Of a DNA stretch of 64,000 nucleotides, positions 11,429 through 24,902 are shown piece by piece. Positions within the stretch are counted from its first letter, which is position 1. Each line of letters opens with the position of its first letter. The notes beneath the pieces were generated by a model, which saw only the letters and a list, made by a program, of their open reading frames with translations, was not told where the DNA came from and ran no database searches. The position numbers were made by a program, and so were the translations under genes. Source of the stretch: Okamejei kenojei (taxonomy: Eukaryota); contig CM069168.1 in the NCBI GenBank assembly GCA_035221665.1, positions 13,516,001-13,580,000 of the forward strand, read 5' to 3'.

Positions 11429-13660
11429 GTACTTGTAACCACATTACTTGGATTAGAAGCCATTTGGATATACGAGTTCAGAAATCATCTACATGGACGG
11501 CACCAATCCCCCCCCCCCCCCCCAATTGTCAGTCTCTAACTCTCTAACTTGCACAATCCAATTGTAGCACTCTTCCTAAATGTACATTGCCTCTCTGCTG
11601 GTCCTAAAATGGGCCCCTTCACAAGATAACAAAAGCCTGCAAACTCATCAAGAGGCACAATCTTCACAACTGCTTATAATGTTATTTGAAGGAACTGCAG
11701 ATGCTGGTTTATACCAAAGATAGGCACAAAATGTAGTCACTCAGCAGGTCAGGCAGCAGAGAAAATGGATAGGTTATCGCACCATTTTCACCGGTGATGC
11801 TGCCTGACCCGCCCGCAGACTCCAAATGTCACCTATGCATTCTCTCCGGAGATACTTCCTGACCCGCTGAATTACTTTTGTTTTTTGTATCCATCTCCAG
11901 AAACTGCTAAGTCTAAAACATTAACATTTCTCACAGAATCTGCAAAGTGAAACTTAAGTTCAGAACACTAATCGTGCACGTCAGTTCTGAATACATCATT
12001 TGCAAAACCGCAAGGAGTTTATCTACAAAGCTCAATCTGGGATATAATTTTACTTCTCAATAAAGGGAAACCAATCATATTCTTCCATTCGACCAGTTGA
12101 GGTTGTTTTTGGCATCAATTAATCCCTAATTTTAGAACAGTCAAATTTAAAACAACTGTCAGGGGATGTAAAACCATCTAACAACTCACTGCACTTTAGT
12201 CCTTCCATGTTTCAAGTATACAGCTGCCTTACTCAACTACACAGGAAAGAATATTTCAACTGGCATTACATCAAATTAGCTCCGGATGTTGATGACCAAG
12301 AACTAAGTTGGGAAGTCAGAACTGGCATCGCACCCCCATTCCCACAGAAAATCTCCAAACGTCACCTTCCATTGCCAGCCTTAATTATTGCAGCACAGCG
12401 AACGATGAGAATCAGCACATGAGCAGCAGATCATCCGAACATTCAGCCAGAGGTCAAGCAGTCTATTAAAAAAATAACAATCTTTTCCTACAGTTCAGTT
12501 GCCAACTGCAAAGATCCAAGAATCCAACACAAACAATGCACCGAGTTAACCAGCCAGGTTAGGTGGCAGTAAAAATTGTATTACTTCAATCTTCACCAAT
12601 TTACATGGAGTCCTGCTGCTGATCACACCTACAACAGGTCAGTACTGGAATAACTATTACACGAAAAATGGAGATGGGCTGGTCAAATCATCTCTCTTTC
12701 AAACAAATTAGGTCACAGCAGCTGTTGTGATTTTGTTTTCTGAGACAAAACATATGTTTTAGAAGAATTTGGACAACTTGAGGCACATTATCATGAAACA
12801 TGACCCCCTAAAGAAAACAAAGTTCAAGCCAAGTCACAGCAGTTTTTACAATATCCTCTGTGATGCGTCTGAAACCACTGGACTGGAAGTTGTTAAGTAG
12901 CCATGCAGCTTTTGACATTAAGTGAACAGGGACATTGCAATCATAATTTTCCAACTAATGCAGCACTTGAGATATAATTATACTTCCCAGTAAATTGGGC
13001 CAAATCATATTCTTCCATTCACCAAATCAAGAACATTGTTTCTGCACTGGCATCAAACCCAGTGAACTCTGAGTGATACCCACTGATTGAGGAACTCAAC
13101 GGGTCAGGCAGCTGGGAGGGATGGAAGGGCTAAGTTTCATGACTGGTAACTTCTTCCCGATCCGGAACATCACCTGTTCATTCCCTCCCCAGATGCTGCC
13201 TGACTCGCTGAGTTTCTCCAACACATTATTTTGTTCAAGATTCCAACATCTGCAGTTTCTTGCGCCTCCAATTCACTGACTGAGAACTAGTCAAACCCAG
13301 CTCCAATTTAACTTACCCAACTTAAATCAAAATTCTGAAAATCCAAGCAAGTAGTGTTGGGAGATTTAACACAGAATAAATGGCACTTGGGCTCCCACCT
13401 GCAGAATCTCAATCGCAAACTTGCCAGTTATGGCTGGTCTAAAACATTCGCACTAAGAAACTGACTCTGAGTGATACCCAATTAACTCCAAAATTTCAGC
13501 AGTTTGAACTTTGAACCTAAGCACCACAGTTACTAACCATCCAGACCATATGGTGAAAAAGAATGGCAGGAAATGAAGGGGGGTGGGGGGAGAAAAAATG
13601 AAACAGTAAACACAGATGGACTTCATCAAGTCCACTGGCGTCCCCTTGAAAACGCACAAG

Positions 13661-14475
13661 TTTATTAACACCGAATAGAAAATACTTAAGATTCATAATC
13701 CATTACATCAAACATCAGTAAAACTTACCGGTATTAGACACACTCTTTAATGCATTAATTTAAAAAGAGTACATGGTATTTTCAAAAAGTACAGCTAATT
13801 TCAAAAAGAAAAGCACCAAAGGAGCTATTTTTATCATTTTTATTCAGTAGGTTTTTCTTGTGCCAGAAATGGCAAGGGCAGCAATATTACAGTCGGTTGT
13901 TAAAACATCAGTATGCAACAAAAACCACCTGACCCACTGACCCAACTCTGACCTGGTCATGTCCTTTTACGCTCCAACAGGGCCGGATGGAGGAATCCGT
14001 GAGGTCAGAGAAGGAATGTTACAAGCATTAACAACAAGCTGTATGTAGATAAAAAGGGGGAAGGTGGGGCGAGGGGGTATAGAACATTACGGTAATGAGG
14101 GTACACAGTAAAACATTGCCATATCATGACTGGAGGACTTCTTCCTCGAAACCTCACCACAATGGAAGGCAAAGGAGTGGATTAAATGAACGTCTGATGC
14201 AGTAAAATGCTAATGTAGTAGCCCATTATTTGTAATGCAGAGACAACCTCCCTCCCCGCCAAATGACTAGCGATCATGAATTGCAAATTTGGATGGGGTT
14301 GGGTATAGGAGTAAAAAGAATTCCCTGCGATAACATGACTAGTGTGCGTTATAAATGGCACTGATTCAAGAGAGGTGGTGGGGAGGGGGCCAGAATGGGC
14401 CCCTCTCTTACAAGATACAAAGGCTACACTATCTTAACTAGGCAGGAATCGGATTCTTTCTTCACTGCACGGGTT
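13661..14475 (-). other. PPP2R2A: PPP2R2A 3' UTR with candidate polyadenylation signals
   Basis: Repeat-free sequence after the stop. Minus-strand AATAAA at 13839-13844 and 13661-13666, ATTAAA at 13746-13751. The true 3' end cannot be fixed from sequence. Confidence 0.6.
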
Positions 14476-14755
14476 TTAATTCACTTTGTCCTGGAATATA
14501 TACAGGTTGTTGGTTGTGGCTACGGCAATGATATTTTCCTTAGGGTGCCAGGCTGTGTGCAGGATCTTCTTGTTGAAGTCCAGACTATCAACACTAATCT
14601 CGTCCTTCTTCCTCTTGCCCCCTGAACACACCCTGCGTGGTTTCAGGATAGCCCGTGGTTTGCTGTTCTCTCTCGAAGCCTCTAGCGTAATGTCCCGTTT
14701 TGTGTTTCTATCGAACATTCTGAAGAAATTGTTGTACGACCCAGTCATGACAACA
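14476..14755 (-). CDS. PPP2R2A: PP2A B55-alpha, last coding exon (exon 10, 280 nt)
   Basis: TTTCAG acceptor, then (S)[29 protein letters not shown]...[23 protein letters not shown] and TAA at 14478-14476. [12 protein letters not shown] is alpha-type. Confidence 0.97.
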
Positions 14756-15183
14756 CTGAAAGTGGTAAAACAGTCAACCATTAGTAAATATACATAAGTT
14801 CATAGTTCATAAGTTCTAGGAGCAGAATTAGGCCAGTCGGCCGTCAAGTCTCCTCCGCCATTCATCATTGCTCTATCTTTCCCTCCCAACCCCATTCTCC
14901 TGCCTTTGCCCCATAACCACTGATGCCCTTATTAATCAAGACTGTCAATCTCCACCTTAAAAATATCAATTGAAATGAATTCCACCGATTCACCATCCTC
15001 TCTCTGACTAAAGACATTTACGCAGGTGTTAGTGAGTCATGTAGGGTTTTGCTGCAATATAAAATTCCAGCTTGGATTCTTAACACTTCACTGAGAAATA
15101 TGAGCCTTGCAGCTTCACTTTTATTAAATCCCCTCTTGGGTTTGAAAACCTGCTTGCTTATTTTGTACTACTCTTTCAAAGGT

Positions 15184-15617
15184 CAGGAATGGAACGGCTG
15201 GGCTTGTACACTCTGGAGTTTAGAAGGATGAGAGGGGATCTTATTGAAACATAAGATTGTTAAAGGTTTGGACACGCTAGAGGCAGGAAACATGTTCCTG
15301 ATGTTGGGGGAGTCCAGAACCAGGGGCCACAGTTAAAGAATAAGGGTTAAGCCATTTAGAACAGAGACGAGGAAACACTTTTTCTCACAGATAGTTGTGA
15401 ATCTGTGGAATTCTCTGCCTCAGAGGGCGGTGGAAGCAGGTTCTCTGCATGCTTTCAAGAGAGAGCTAGATAGGGCTATTAAAGATAGCGGAGTCAGGGG
15501 AAATGGGGAGAAGGCAGGAACGGGGTACTGATTGGGGATGATCAGCCATGATCACATTGAATGGCGGTGCTGGCTCTAAGGGCCGAATGGCCTACTTCTG
15601 CACCTATTGTCTATTGG
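15184..15617 (+). mobile_element. CR1-clade LINE 3' end in the last PPP2R2A intron
   Basis: ERLGLYTLEFRRMRGDLIETYKIVKGLDTLEAGNMF... followed by the family 3' tail cctattgtctattg. Confidence 0.85.
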
Positions 15618-16702
15618 ACCTTGTTGCAGCTCCCTACACCAGAACTCAAATGCACTAAACAGTACTGCACATGTTGGCCATTCAGCGACCTTATTGCAAT
15701 TACAATTCACTGGAGACCTTTTCACAGTAAAAAAATGCAAACTTTTATCTTCCCTTTTTTTAAATAATTTCCCATTTCCTCTTCTGAGAGACCATTCCTA
15801 CAACAGGGCCTTTGGAAGAGTCATAATCATGCTCTTTGCATTTATTTCTTAATGAATGACAATTTGAGATCAATATTTGCCAAACGCGGACAGGTGGGAC
15901 TAGTGTAGCTGGGACATGTTGGTCAGTATGGGCAAGTTGGGCCGAAGGGCTTGTTTCCATACTGTATTACTCTATACATGATCTTGAAATCAAACAAAAA
16001 CAAAACCTGCACATGGCAAGTGACAAGGCATTATGATTCAAAAGGCATATACTTGGAGTTTATGAAATAGTTTGTATCATAGACTGACCTAGATACCAAG
16101 GTTAAGAGAACCCATCTTCCAATACTCAGGGTATGCATCACCCCCACTACACCTTCCCCCACTTGCTCCCTCGAGAACCCAATTCCCCCATAATTGTTAA
16201 CTTCCATCATATCCAGCTTTCAGCATATTCATCAATATTTCTCCACCCACTCACCAGGGAAAGTGAGCATGACCATCACAGCAGAGGTATCATGGGAGCA
16301 GAGCCCTGGTAACTAGTACAAACCAGGGATCAATTAAAACAGCCCTCCTACCCAGTGGGAAGAGTCTTGGGCTCGCGCTTCATAGACTAGCTGGTAAACT
16401 GCAGACCCTGTAAAGCTTGGATATGGCTTTACCAAGTCTGCAAAGTGGCACTAACTTTATTCTTTCATTTCATCACCAGAACTCTCATCTCGAGTCAAAG
16501 GTGGCGCTGGCTAAATGTCATCATATTTCAAACAATTTTACAACTCGTGTAATCTGAACTTAATTGTCAAACTTTGGATCATCGTATCTGAAGCAGGATT
16601 CACACAGAAATCACCGGTCCCATGATATGTCATACAGAACCTAGATACCATTAGCAAGAACAGAACAGTTGAAGATCTCATTGAAGAAGAATCAGCTTTT
16701 AC

Positions 16703-16794
16703 CTATCGCATCCATTCCAACAACATTCGAACTTGTCAAAAATACAGTCGTTTTCATACAGTGAGCACAGTTTGCTTCGGAGGTATTCATGCAC
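16703..16794 (-). CDS. PPP2R2A: PP2A B55-alpha exon 9 (92 nt)
   Basis: TTACAG|[30 protein letters not shown](S)|GTAAAA; phases match both neighbours. Confidence 0.97.
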
Positions 16795-18287
16795 CTGTAA
16801 GAACAATTAATACGTCGATCTGAGTGAAATCCAGTCCGAGTTTTATACAAAACACATGGTCATAAATATACAAATATCTGGCTAACTGGCATGTCAATAG
16901 ATCCTTTAGAGTACTGATGGAGAGGAGGGGGCAGAAGTAGAGAAGAATAAAGTCACGAGAACAGGATTATCAACAAATATTATTTTCCCCTCTAAGTTAG
17001 CTTTAATTGGTAGTATTTTCACCAAAGTCAGAAGAATGAATGCTAACTCCATTACAAGAGCTAATTGGACAGGTTGGGACACATGGGTAAACACCATGCT
17101 ACTTTAGCGGGTGCTGTTTGTCCAATGCATGTTTTGTGGAATGTGACATTTTAACCCAAGTCAGAAGACTGAATGTTAGCTCCATTGCAGGACAGCTACA
17201 AATGAATGGATCAAGGAAGACGATGGCTGGAGACCTGTAGCAGCCTGGGTCTTGCCTGGATCGGGCACCACTCATACCAACTGGAGAGCGGACTGGTCTT
17301 TGATAATGGCGCCAAAACATGGCGTCTCTTGTATACGGGATCAGTAGACTTATTTTTGTACACTTGCTAATCGTGAATGTGCTTAGGAATGGGACTACTA
17401 TACTGGACTATATGTATGAAAAAAAGTTCACTGGATGACAATAAAAGCACATTTGAACTATTGAAAAAACTCCACATCAATAATGAAGATGCAGGGAGAT
17501 GTGTTGCACTTCGTACAATAAACTGAAAACTCGCCGATCTGTTCCAAGGGCCCAGTACACCACCCACAGCGATGCAAAAACAATAGCATAAAACATAACT
17601 AGTCATTGATATCGCGAATGTCCATAGGATCGTGCTGGGTGTAAATGTTTGCCATAGGTGCACGAAACAATGACAAGTTATTTAATGTTTTATGAAAAAT
17701 GGAACTATAAAGTATACAACTATAATATGAACTTTAAATATTTTCTAATCCCAGCATGGAAATATAAATTATCACCCAGAAGTAAAATTACACGCAGGCA
17801 TTGAGTGAAATTGCAGAAATATGAACGTGTTATTTGTCAAGTGCATTTTGCAAATTAGCTGGCAACTGTTCTTTCTGAGGCAAGTGTTAACATGAATAAA
17901 TCAGCTTTAATGCAAAAAGAATATTGTAACCAGAAAGACAAACATGTAATGCTAGCTATATTCTTGTTTCTAGTTACTATAACCAGCGTAGACAATTCCT
18001 GGTAGAAATTAATGTCCCAAATACGTCATTAACTGGCTGTGCCACTGAACAGGTTGGGAGACATTGGAAATGATTGTGCTGGTTTAGCAGGTTCTGTTTG
18101 TCTAATGGATTTTTAGGGAGGGTAACGGAAGCTTCATTCTCTACTGCACCCGTCTCAAGAATCATGAATTGTTAAAAAAAAAAAGTGCACTTGGCATCCA
18201 AGCCATAAAATTGATACACATAGAATTATCAAATAAACAGAGGACAACCTGTCAAGACAACACAGAAAATGGCAGGAGCCTGTGTAC

Positions 18288-18457
18288 CTGGTATGTCTCC
18301 ACAGGTCTACTTTCCATATTTAAGTCCCAGATTTTCACTGATAGGTAATCTCGTGTCATCATGTAACGACCACTGTGACTGAATTTGACGTCTGATATTG
18401 AAGAAATTATTTCTGAGAAGAACGACCTGTTGCTGGGATCTTCAGGTTCTTCAAACA
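18288..18457 (-). CDS. PPP2R2A: PP2A B55-alpha exon 8 (170 nt)
   Basis: CCAACAG|(L)[56 protein letters not shown]|GTACAC. Confidence 0.97.
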
Positions 18458-18661
18458 CTGTTGGAGGGAAAAGAAATGTTGGAAAGGTCCAGAAAGTTGA
18501 CAGGCTCCATTCTTATACTTTTTCCATTTGATAGCACCTAAATATTTGCCGCCAGCATTGTACCATATTCAACACCTCATATTCCACAGAAATATATTCA
18601 AGTCATACCAGTCAGCATCTGCATTGAACGGTACACTGCAAAAAAAAAATCAAATGCATGC

Positions 18662-18942
18662 TGGCACAGCAGGAGAGTTGCCACCCTACAGCGCCAGAGA
18701 CCTGGATTCAATCCTGACTGCATGTGCTGTCTCTACAGAGTTTGCACGTTCCCTGTGACTGCGTGGTTTTTCTCCATGTGCTCGGGTTTCCTCCCACACT
18801 CCAAAGACGTGAAGGTTTGTAGGCTAATTGGCGTGTAAATTGTCCCTAGCGTGTAGGATAGTGCTAATGTACGGGGTGATTACTGGTCGGCATGGACTCG
18901 GTAGGCCGAGGAGCCAATTTCCTTGCTGTAAAGTCTAAAGTC
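18662..18942 (+). mobile_element. tRNA-derived V-SINE (HE1-like)
   Basis: A/B-box-like head (ggcacagcagg...ggattcaatcc), V-domain-like core gggtttcctcccacactccaaagacg, and a taaagtc-repeat tail. Other copies at 32510-33383 (split), 41410-41634, 47290-47610 (minus) and 61975-62245. Confidence 0.75.
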
Positions 18943-19805
18943 ATGGAATAATAAAAATCAAAGTCCCCTTTTTAATCGCATTTGACCAGAAAACTAGGTG
19001 CTGCAATGTTCTACTTGCAGACATTCAGACCTATATGTTGGCAGACACCAACCGGGCTGTAAAGGTTTTCATAACTGCTAAAATGATTCTAATAGTTGAC
19101 CAGCTTTTTGGCTGCTCACCTCAGCACGTCGACATCTTGTAAACTAACAGGTGACCAGTTGACAGTCAGCAGATCAGATGCTGCTGAGTAGTGGTAGCCA
19201 TGTCACCACTTCAAAGGAACAAGAGTAACAAGTTGTTTCAAGGTTTTCAATGTGGTTTAACAGACTGACCACAGCCCTCCGAGTTCCAGTTCTACAGTGC
19301 TCCCACCAGGGATCTTTGAATTTCTTGACAAGCAAAGGGAAAAGTGAACTCTGAAGAACAAGGTTGGATGGTGGTACAAATGTACAGTTTCAGTCATTAT
19401 AAGCTTGTAGCACAAGGAAGGGAATGGAATAGTTGTGGAGTGGATGTTGTAGTGCATTATGATAATTTAGTGTTAATGTAGACAAAAGGGCAAGCTGTAA
19501 AAAGATCTTGGCCATCTGCTTGACTCGGAATACTGCAGGGCAGTACAAAGCAGGATTCAATTGCTCAAAACCATTTGGGGAAAAGCGAGCCAGTGCAGAT
19601 GCCTTGTTTGTGGTGGTGGCTGAGGAAATATCATTTAAAATGCCTTTGCAGTACTATATCAACGTGCTTCATGCTGAAAATCAAACTCATGACTCTCCTG
19701 TCTTTAGACTAATGCATAACTGAGAAGCCTAAAGCAAAGCGGCAAGATATAAAAACAAAAATACATTTGAGAAATAAATAGGGTCTGTCAAGCTAACATA
19801 TATGT

Positions 19806-19957
19806 ATTTAAGAAGGAACTGCATATGCCGGAAAATCAAAGGTAGACAAAAGTGCTGGAGGAACTCAGCGGGTGCAGCCGCATCTATGGAGCGAAGGAAA
19901 TCCTTCGCTCCATAGATGCTGCTGCACCCGCTGAGTTCCTCCAGCACTTTTGTCTAT
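19806..19957. mobile_element. Penelope-like end hairpin
   Basis: About 19842-19898 and 19901-19957 are inverted copies; 13-bp flanking direct repeat CTAACATATATGT (19793-19805, 19958-19970). Confidence 0.75.
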
Positions 19958-20151
19958 CTAACATATATGTTTTTCAGTTCCACTGTGTGCCTGCATATGG
20001 ACTGCAGCAGGTTGATAAATGTTAGTAATTACCGAACAATCTTGATCTGTTCTTGTTGTGCATTCAAATGAGTCAATTTTGAGCCATGTGAAAAGAGCAT
20101 TCATTGAAAACACAAATCACTAAAGCACAAATATCTGAGTCACAGACTTAC

Positions 20152-20316
20152 ATTTGGCATGTTTGTCACACAGGGCAGCTGCTCTCATGTCACACAGTCG
20201 AATGGTTCCCTTGCTACTGCTGTATACAAATGTGTTGCACTGATTAGGGTGGAATTCTGCTGCTGTGATCACTTCAGTCAGCTCCTCCATGTTAGCAGGC
20301 TTGATATCTACAATAT
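20152..20316 (-). CDS. PPP2R2A: PP2A B55-alpha exon 7 (165 nt)
   Basis: TCTCAG|(N)[54 protein letters not shown]|GTAAGT. Absent from the ORF track; translated by hand. Confidence 0.97.
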
Positions 20317-21803
20317 CTGAGACAGGCCATCAAGGATAATACAAGGCTTACCAGCCACACAAAATGACAACCTGGCCAAAGGATGGAAAAAGTCATCTTC
20401 AGCTTATGCATGCAACTGATCCTATAGAGTAGCCAATTTCTATAAAATTATAACTAAGAAAATAAACCTTATTAGAGCAAGATATAAATCAATGATTTCT
20501 GCAATATTCAACTCTGGATCAACATGAAACGGGAAAATAATCATCTCTTAATGAGTTTTCCATTACTTCACACAATCCAATTTCCATGGTTATAGATAGA
20601 TCTTACCTTTATATCTTTATAAAAACCTAACAGGTGTTTCCCTTTGCTTGTTGCAACCCGTTTCCTTCAAAGCTTGGTCAAATCAATTCTAAGAACAAAT
20701 AACTTAGGTTCCCATAAAATCAAACTGTGTAGGAGTGAACTGCCGATGCTGGTTTAAATCGAAGGTAGACACAAAAATCCAGAGTAACTCAGCGGGACAG
20801 GCAGCATCTCTGGAGAGAAGGAATGGGTGACTTTTCGGGTCGAGACCCTTCTTCAGACAAGTTGAGTTACTCTAGCTTTTTGTGTCTAAAATCAAAACTG
20901 CAACTGCCCAGGTTTCAAAGAAATCTGATTGTGTAAATCCCAAATCGTTGCTAATCCCAAGTCACAAGTCAACTTGTGCCAGCAGTTCACATTGCCTTTT
21001 TTGGTCTTCAGAACCGTACCCAAGTAAAAACTATCTGTTCACTTCAGGATTACAATAGCCTGTAACACCAGCACAAAAATTATCTATTGTCCATTTTACC
21101 AAATTGACCAATGTTAGTTTTACTCTGCCCAAGACAATTGGGCAGAGTAATGAACAATTTTCCTCACAGCAGATTCTGTCTAATTTGCTGAGCATTTCCA
21201 GTATTCTGTTTTATTTACAATTACTTTACTTTTCTTTTACAAGAACAAGTTAAGAGCTTTTTGTAGCTGTCTCAAACATAGTATACTGTGAAATACAGAG
21301 TCCAGGCAAGATTCCAAGAGCATGAGCCAAACTCTTTAGTGCAATAATGGTACTAGTCAGCAGCTAATGAAATTTTAACACTTTTTTTGACAAGAATGGG
21401 AGAAGTCAAAGATAAAATGTGCTATTAGATTAACTGTATATCCAATAATACTCCTGATGGTTTTAACGCCAGTTATTTTGAATTTCGGGTTGCAGGAGAC
21501 CAGCTGCGTGATCACATTTAATACAGGAATTTCAGCATTTGCCAAAGATTTGTTCTTGAAAGATCAGCAGAGCCATTAACCTGCCCTGACAGTCATGCAT
21601 ACTGGAGAGACTGGCTGCGATTCAAGCCAAAATATTCACCATCTGCCTTAGGATACAGAATGCAAGGTGTTGAACAATACCGACATAACAATGCGTGAAA
21701 AAAAAATCCTTTGTGCTTTCAAGTGAGATTAGGAACATTGCTGCCAAATAAAACATTTTGCCCCCCCCCCAAAAAAAGCAATCTGCCACATTGACAAGGA
21801 TAC
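20317..21803 (-). other. PPP2R2A: U12-type (minor spliceosome) GT-AG intron, 1487 nt
   Basis: Donor GTATCCTTG at 21803. Branch sequence TCCTTGAT at 20336-20329 with the A at position -14. No strong polypyrimidine tract. Confidence 0.9.
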
Positions 21804-21981
21804 TAAAACTTCTGTCTGTGATTTCTAAATGCCACAGGTTAATCCTAAGATCATCTGCTGATAAGTAAGTTTCATAGTCACTATTGACTGAAATAGAGTT
21901 TATATGATATGTGTGTGCATTAGCGAATATTCGTCGAGGACTTGCTTCAACCATTAAATCCATAGGTTTGAATACCGGCAC
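21804..21981 (-). CDS. PPP2R2A: PP2A B55-alpha exon 6 (178 nt)
   Basis: TTCTCAG|[59 protein letters not shown]|GTATCC. Confidence 0.97.
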
Positions 21982-23558
21982 CTGAGAATTAGAAAAAAAC
22001 AAGGTGTTAAAAGAATTTAAACAATGAAGAAACCCATCTAGAGAAAGGTACATCATTTTACAATACAACTCTGAAGGATTTTTGATATGAAACTTTAACA
22101 TTTTCTCTTTCTGCAGAGTTTTTCCAACATTTTCTGTTTATATATAACTTTTCAGTACATTTTTTTAAATAAATTAATTTCATGACAGTGCAAGGTACAC
22201 TGTGGCACAAGAGGAAGTCATCCTAGTGCTTATTTTTCAAAGCTAATGCCAGCTATTCATGCACAAAAAAGCCTTTAGGTGTCAAGGCCCAGTAGCTGTG
22301 GGACAAATTCTCTCATCTCTCCTCTCTAGTTTAAGATGTTCTCTGCAATGCCTCCAACCACAATTTCTGTCTTCTTGCACAATCAAGCAGAATATACTGC
22401 ATAAAAACAAGAGTCGAACAAATTCAAGTACTTCCTATTGGAAATGATCAATGTCTGTGTAAAACTTTTCCTTTCAGTTTTCCATTGATATCGCACATTG
22501 ATAGCACCTTGTTTTGCTCTTCAGGCTTGGAATCACACCCCTTGCACATTTTATCAGATCCATGAATACATTTATAGACCGCTGTTGGCTATCTCCATAG
22601 CTCTTTTCAAAAATAGTTGATTGCTGGGAACAGCGTATGAAACCAAATTCCATTTGAACCTCAATGAGGTTCAAATGACAACAAATAAATTGTATTGTAT
22701 TGTATTGACCCACATCAGCAAAAGAATAATGTGAAGGAGCCAGAGCATGCAAACAAGATTAAAAACCATCATGCAGGAACTGTGTAGGTGTACCCATTGG
22801 TAAAGTATTAACCATCTCTCAAACATGTTGGCAGCTGAAGAAGGACCTCTTTTGGGAAAATTAAAACCTGAAAGTTTCCTCAAGATGCGCAACTCTGAGG
22901 TGGGAGTGGATTGCCCACAAATCTTCACTGGAAGATAAGTCTAGGTAGAAGTACTGGAAATCCTCACTCATCAGGATTACATTTATGAAGATACTTGTAC
23001 AATGGTTCATTGCAGCAGTTCATTATTTCCAAGATTAATAAGGGTGGGACAATGCCAGCCTTGCCAACAATACCCCCATCCAACGAATTAATGAGCAAAT
23101 CATACTTCAGCCTTCTCCTTTCGCAATAGACCTGGCCTGTTCAACATTTCTTGATCTATTTGCAAGTTTCGAACCTGCAAACGTATCTGGAATGCTCTCC
23201 TTTTATATGGCATCCAAAACTATGCAGTGTAGCAGATGTACCTCACATGGCCTGGCATGGTTTTGTTTGAAAAGACTCCACAGGAGGTCTGAGACTTTTT
23301 GCTACAATATTGATGCCACTAAAGCATGTTTTGGACTTCAGGCCCTCAGAGTGTCACAGGTTGCCCAAATTGGGATACTGGACTTCAATATTAACAACAC
23401 AGGGTATCTTCCACAATTGGTGCCTTGAAGCCAGACCAAAACTGCCCTGGAATTTTCCTTTAACGATTTACCCAGATTTTACGACCAGAGTCAAAAACAA
23501 TGAAACATCCAAGATATGCTGGTGTATCCTTTGAAGCAATTTGCGCTCTAGATCTCAC

Positions 23559-23671
23559 CTTAAGCGTAGTGACTGTGGCAGGATCCCTATATCGACCATC
23601 CTCCTCCTTCAAATTATATCCTTCTGGCCGTTTATCTCTTTCACTGATTTTCCACAACTTTATTGTTTTAT
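23559..23671 (-). CDS. PPP2R2A: PP2A B55-alpha exon 5 (113 nt)
   Basis: TTCTTAG|(D)[37 protein letters not shown]|GTGAGA. Confidence 0.97.
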
Positions 23672-24736
23672 CTAAGAAAATAAATACAAAATTGCATTAA
23701 TAGAGAGGGGCAAATGAGCCTCTGGCATCCAAGTGTTGCATTACAGTTCTAAATGATTAAGGGAGGACATTTTAAAATGAACGCAATTGTGAAATGCAGG
23801 CATCTCATCCAGACCTGCCGTCTGCATAAACAAGGGTCTTGAGGAAACCTTTAATGATATCAATCTGGAATGTTAACTCACTGCAGCATAGCAAACACTG
23901 GAAGCAATGCTGCAATAAATATTAGCAAAGTCTAAATGCACTAGCGATGTAAAATGATAATTTCAGATCTATGCAAGAACACTCACAATACAATTTAGAA
24001 ACACAGAACTGCAGTATAGCAATGTTCTCTTTGAATCTTTAATATTTCCACAAAGAATTACGTATCTATCTATGAATTGGGAAAATTAATTTACTTTTAC
24101 AATATACTAGAGCAATAGCTTAAATTCATATAAGATTTATCCATCTATCAATGTCTCAAGTCATTTACCCACCAATATTTTCAAATGCAGTGATTTTATG
24201 TAGGCAAAGCTGGCTGCCATTTTTCACACAACAAATTCATTCAAAGCTATGTAGCTGATTGAAAGGATTTTGGCCAGAGGTGTTTTTCCAATTCCAGTAA
24301 AGGTGCAAAGGTGAGGCAGACCACAACCTGTAGTCTGCAGTATTTATTATTCAGAATCATTTCATCAGTGAATAATACAAACTATAGCCATTTGAGCATA
24401 ACGCAATGTGCTAGAGGAATTCAGCGGGTCAGGCAGCATCCGTGGAGGGAATACGACGTTTTGAGTCGGGACCCTTCTTCAGACTGATCCCGCCCCAAAA
24501 CAGTTTGTTCATTCCCCCCACTATAAGAAAACAAAAAACAGGGAAAGAAAACTGGCGGCTTGGGGAGATTAATGAGCGGGTAAACAGCATTTGAGAAATG
24601 AAACTTAAAAGTATTATAAAAGAGTCTACTGAAATCTACCATTAAAATTTGTCAGAATAGCTATTGTCCATTCTAAAAGGAAATGCAACCAGGGTTGCTG
24701 TGGTGAGCAAGTGAATGAAGTGAAGAAGGAACTCAC

Positions 24737-24902
24737 CATTTGTAGAGAGCAGGAACTGTGCAGCATTTTGCTGGGGTAACCATCTAATTTTATTGATCTT
24801 TTCTTCAATTTCTAAACTTTTCAAGTAGTCAAATTCTGGCTCATGACTCTGAAAAGTACTGTAAACATTATATTCACCTCTGCAATGAGGCTGGCTTTTG
24901 TT
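24737..24902 (-). CDS. PPP2R2A: PP2A B55-alpha exon 4 (166 nt)
   Basis: TTGCAG|[55 protein letters not shown]|GTGAGT. Confidence 0.97.

Noticed and set aside
14395-14797. Plus-strand ORFs of 76 and 103 aa
   Set aside because: Antisense shadows of PPP2R2A exon 10.
18662-18720. tRNA gene or Pol III ncRNA
   Set aside because: A/B-box-like motifs belong to SINE heads and no complete cloverleaf is present.
21622-22101. 159-aa ORF as a stand-alone protein
   Set aside because: Only 21804-21981 is exon; the rest is intronic read-through.
23524-23532. Perfect U12 donor GTATCCTTT
   Set aside because: It is on the plus strand, antisense to PPP2R2A, with no supporting plus-strand exon.
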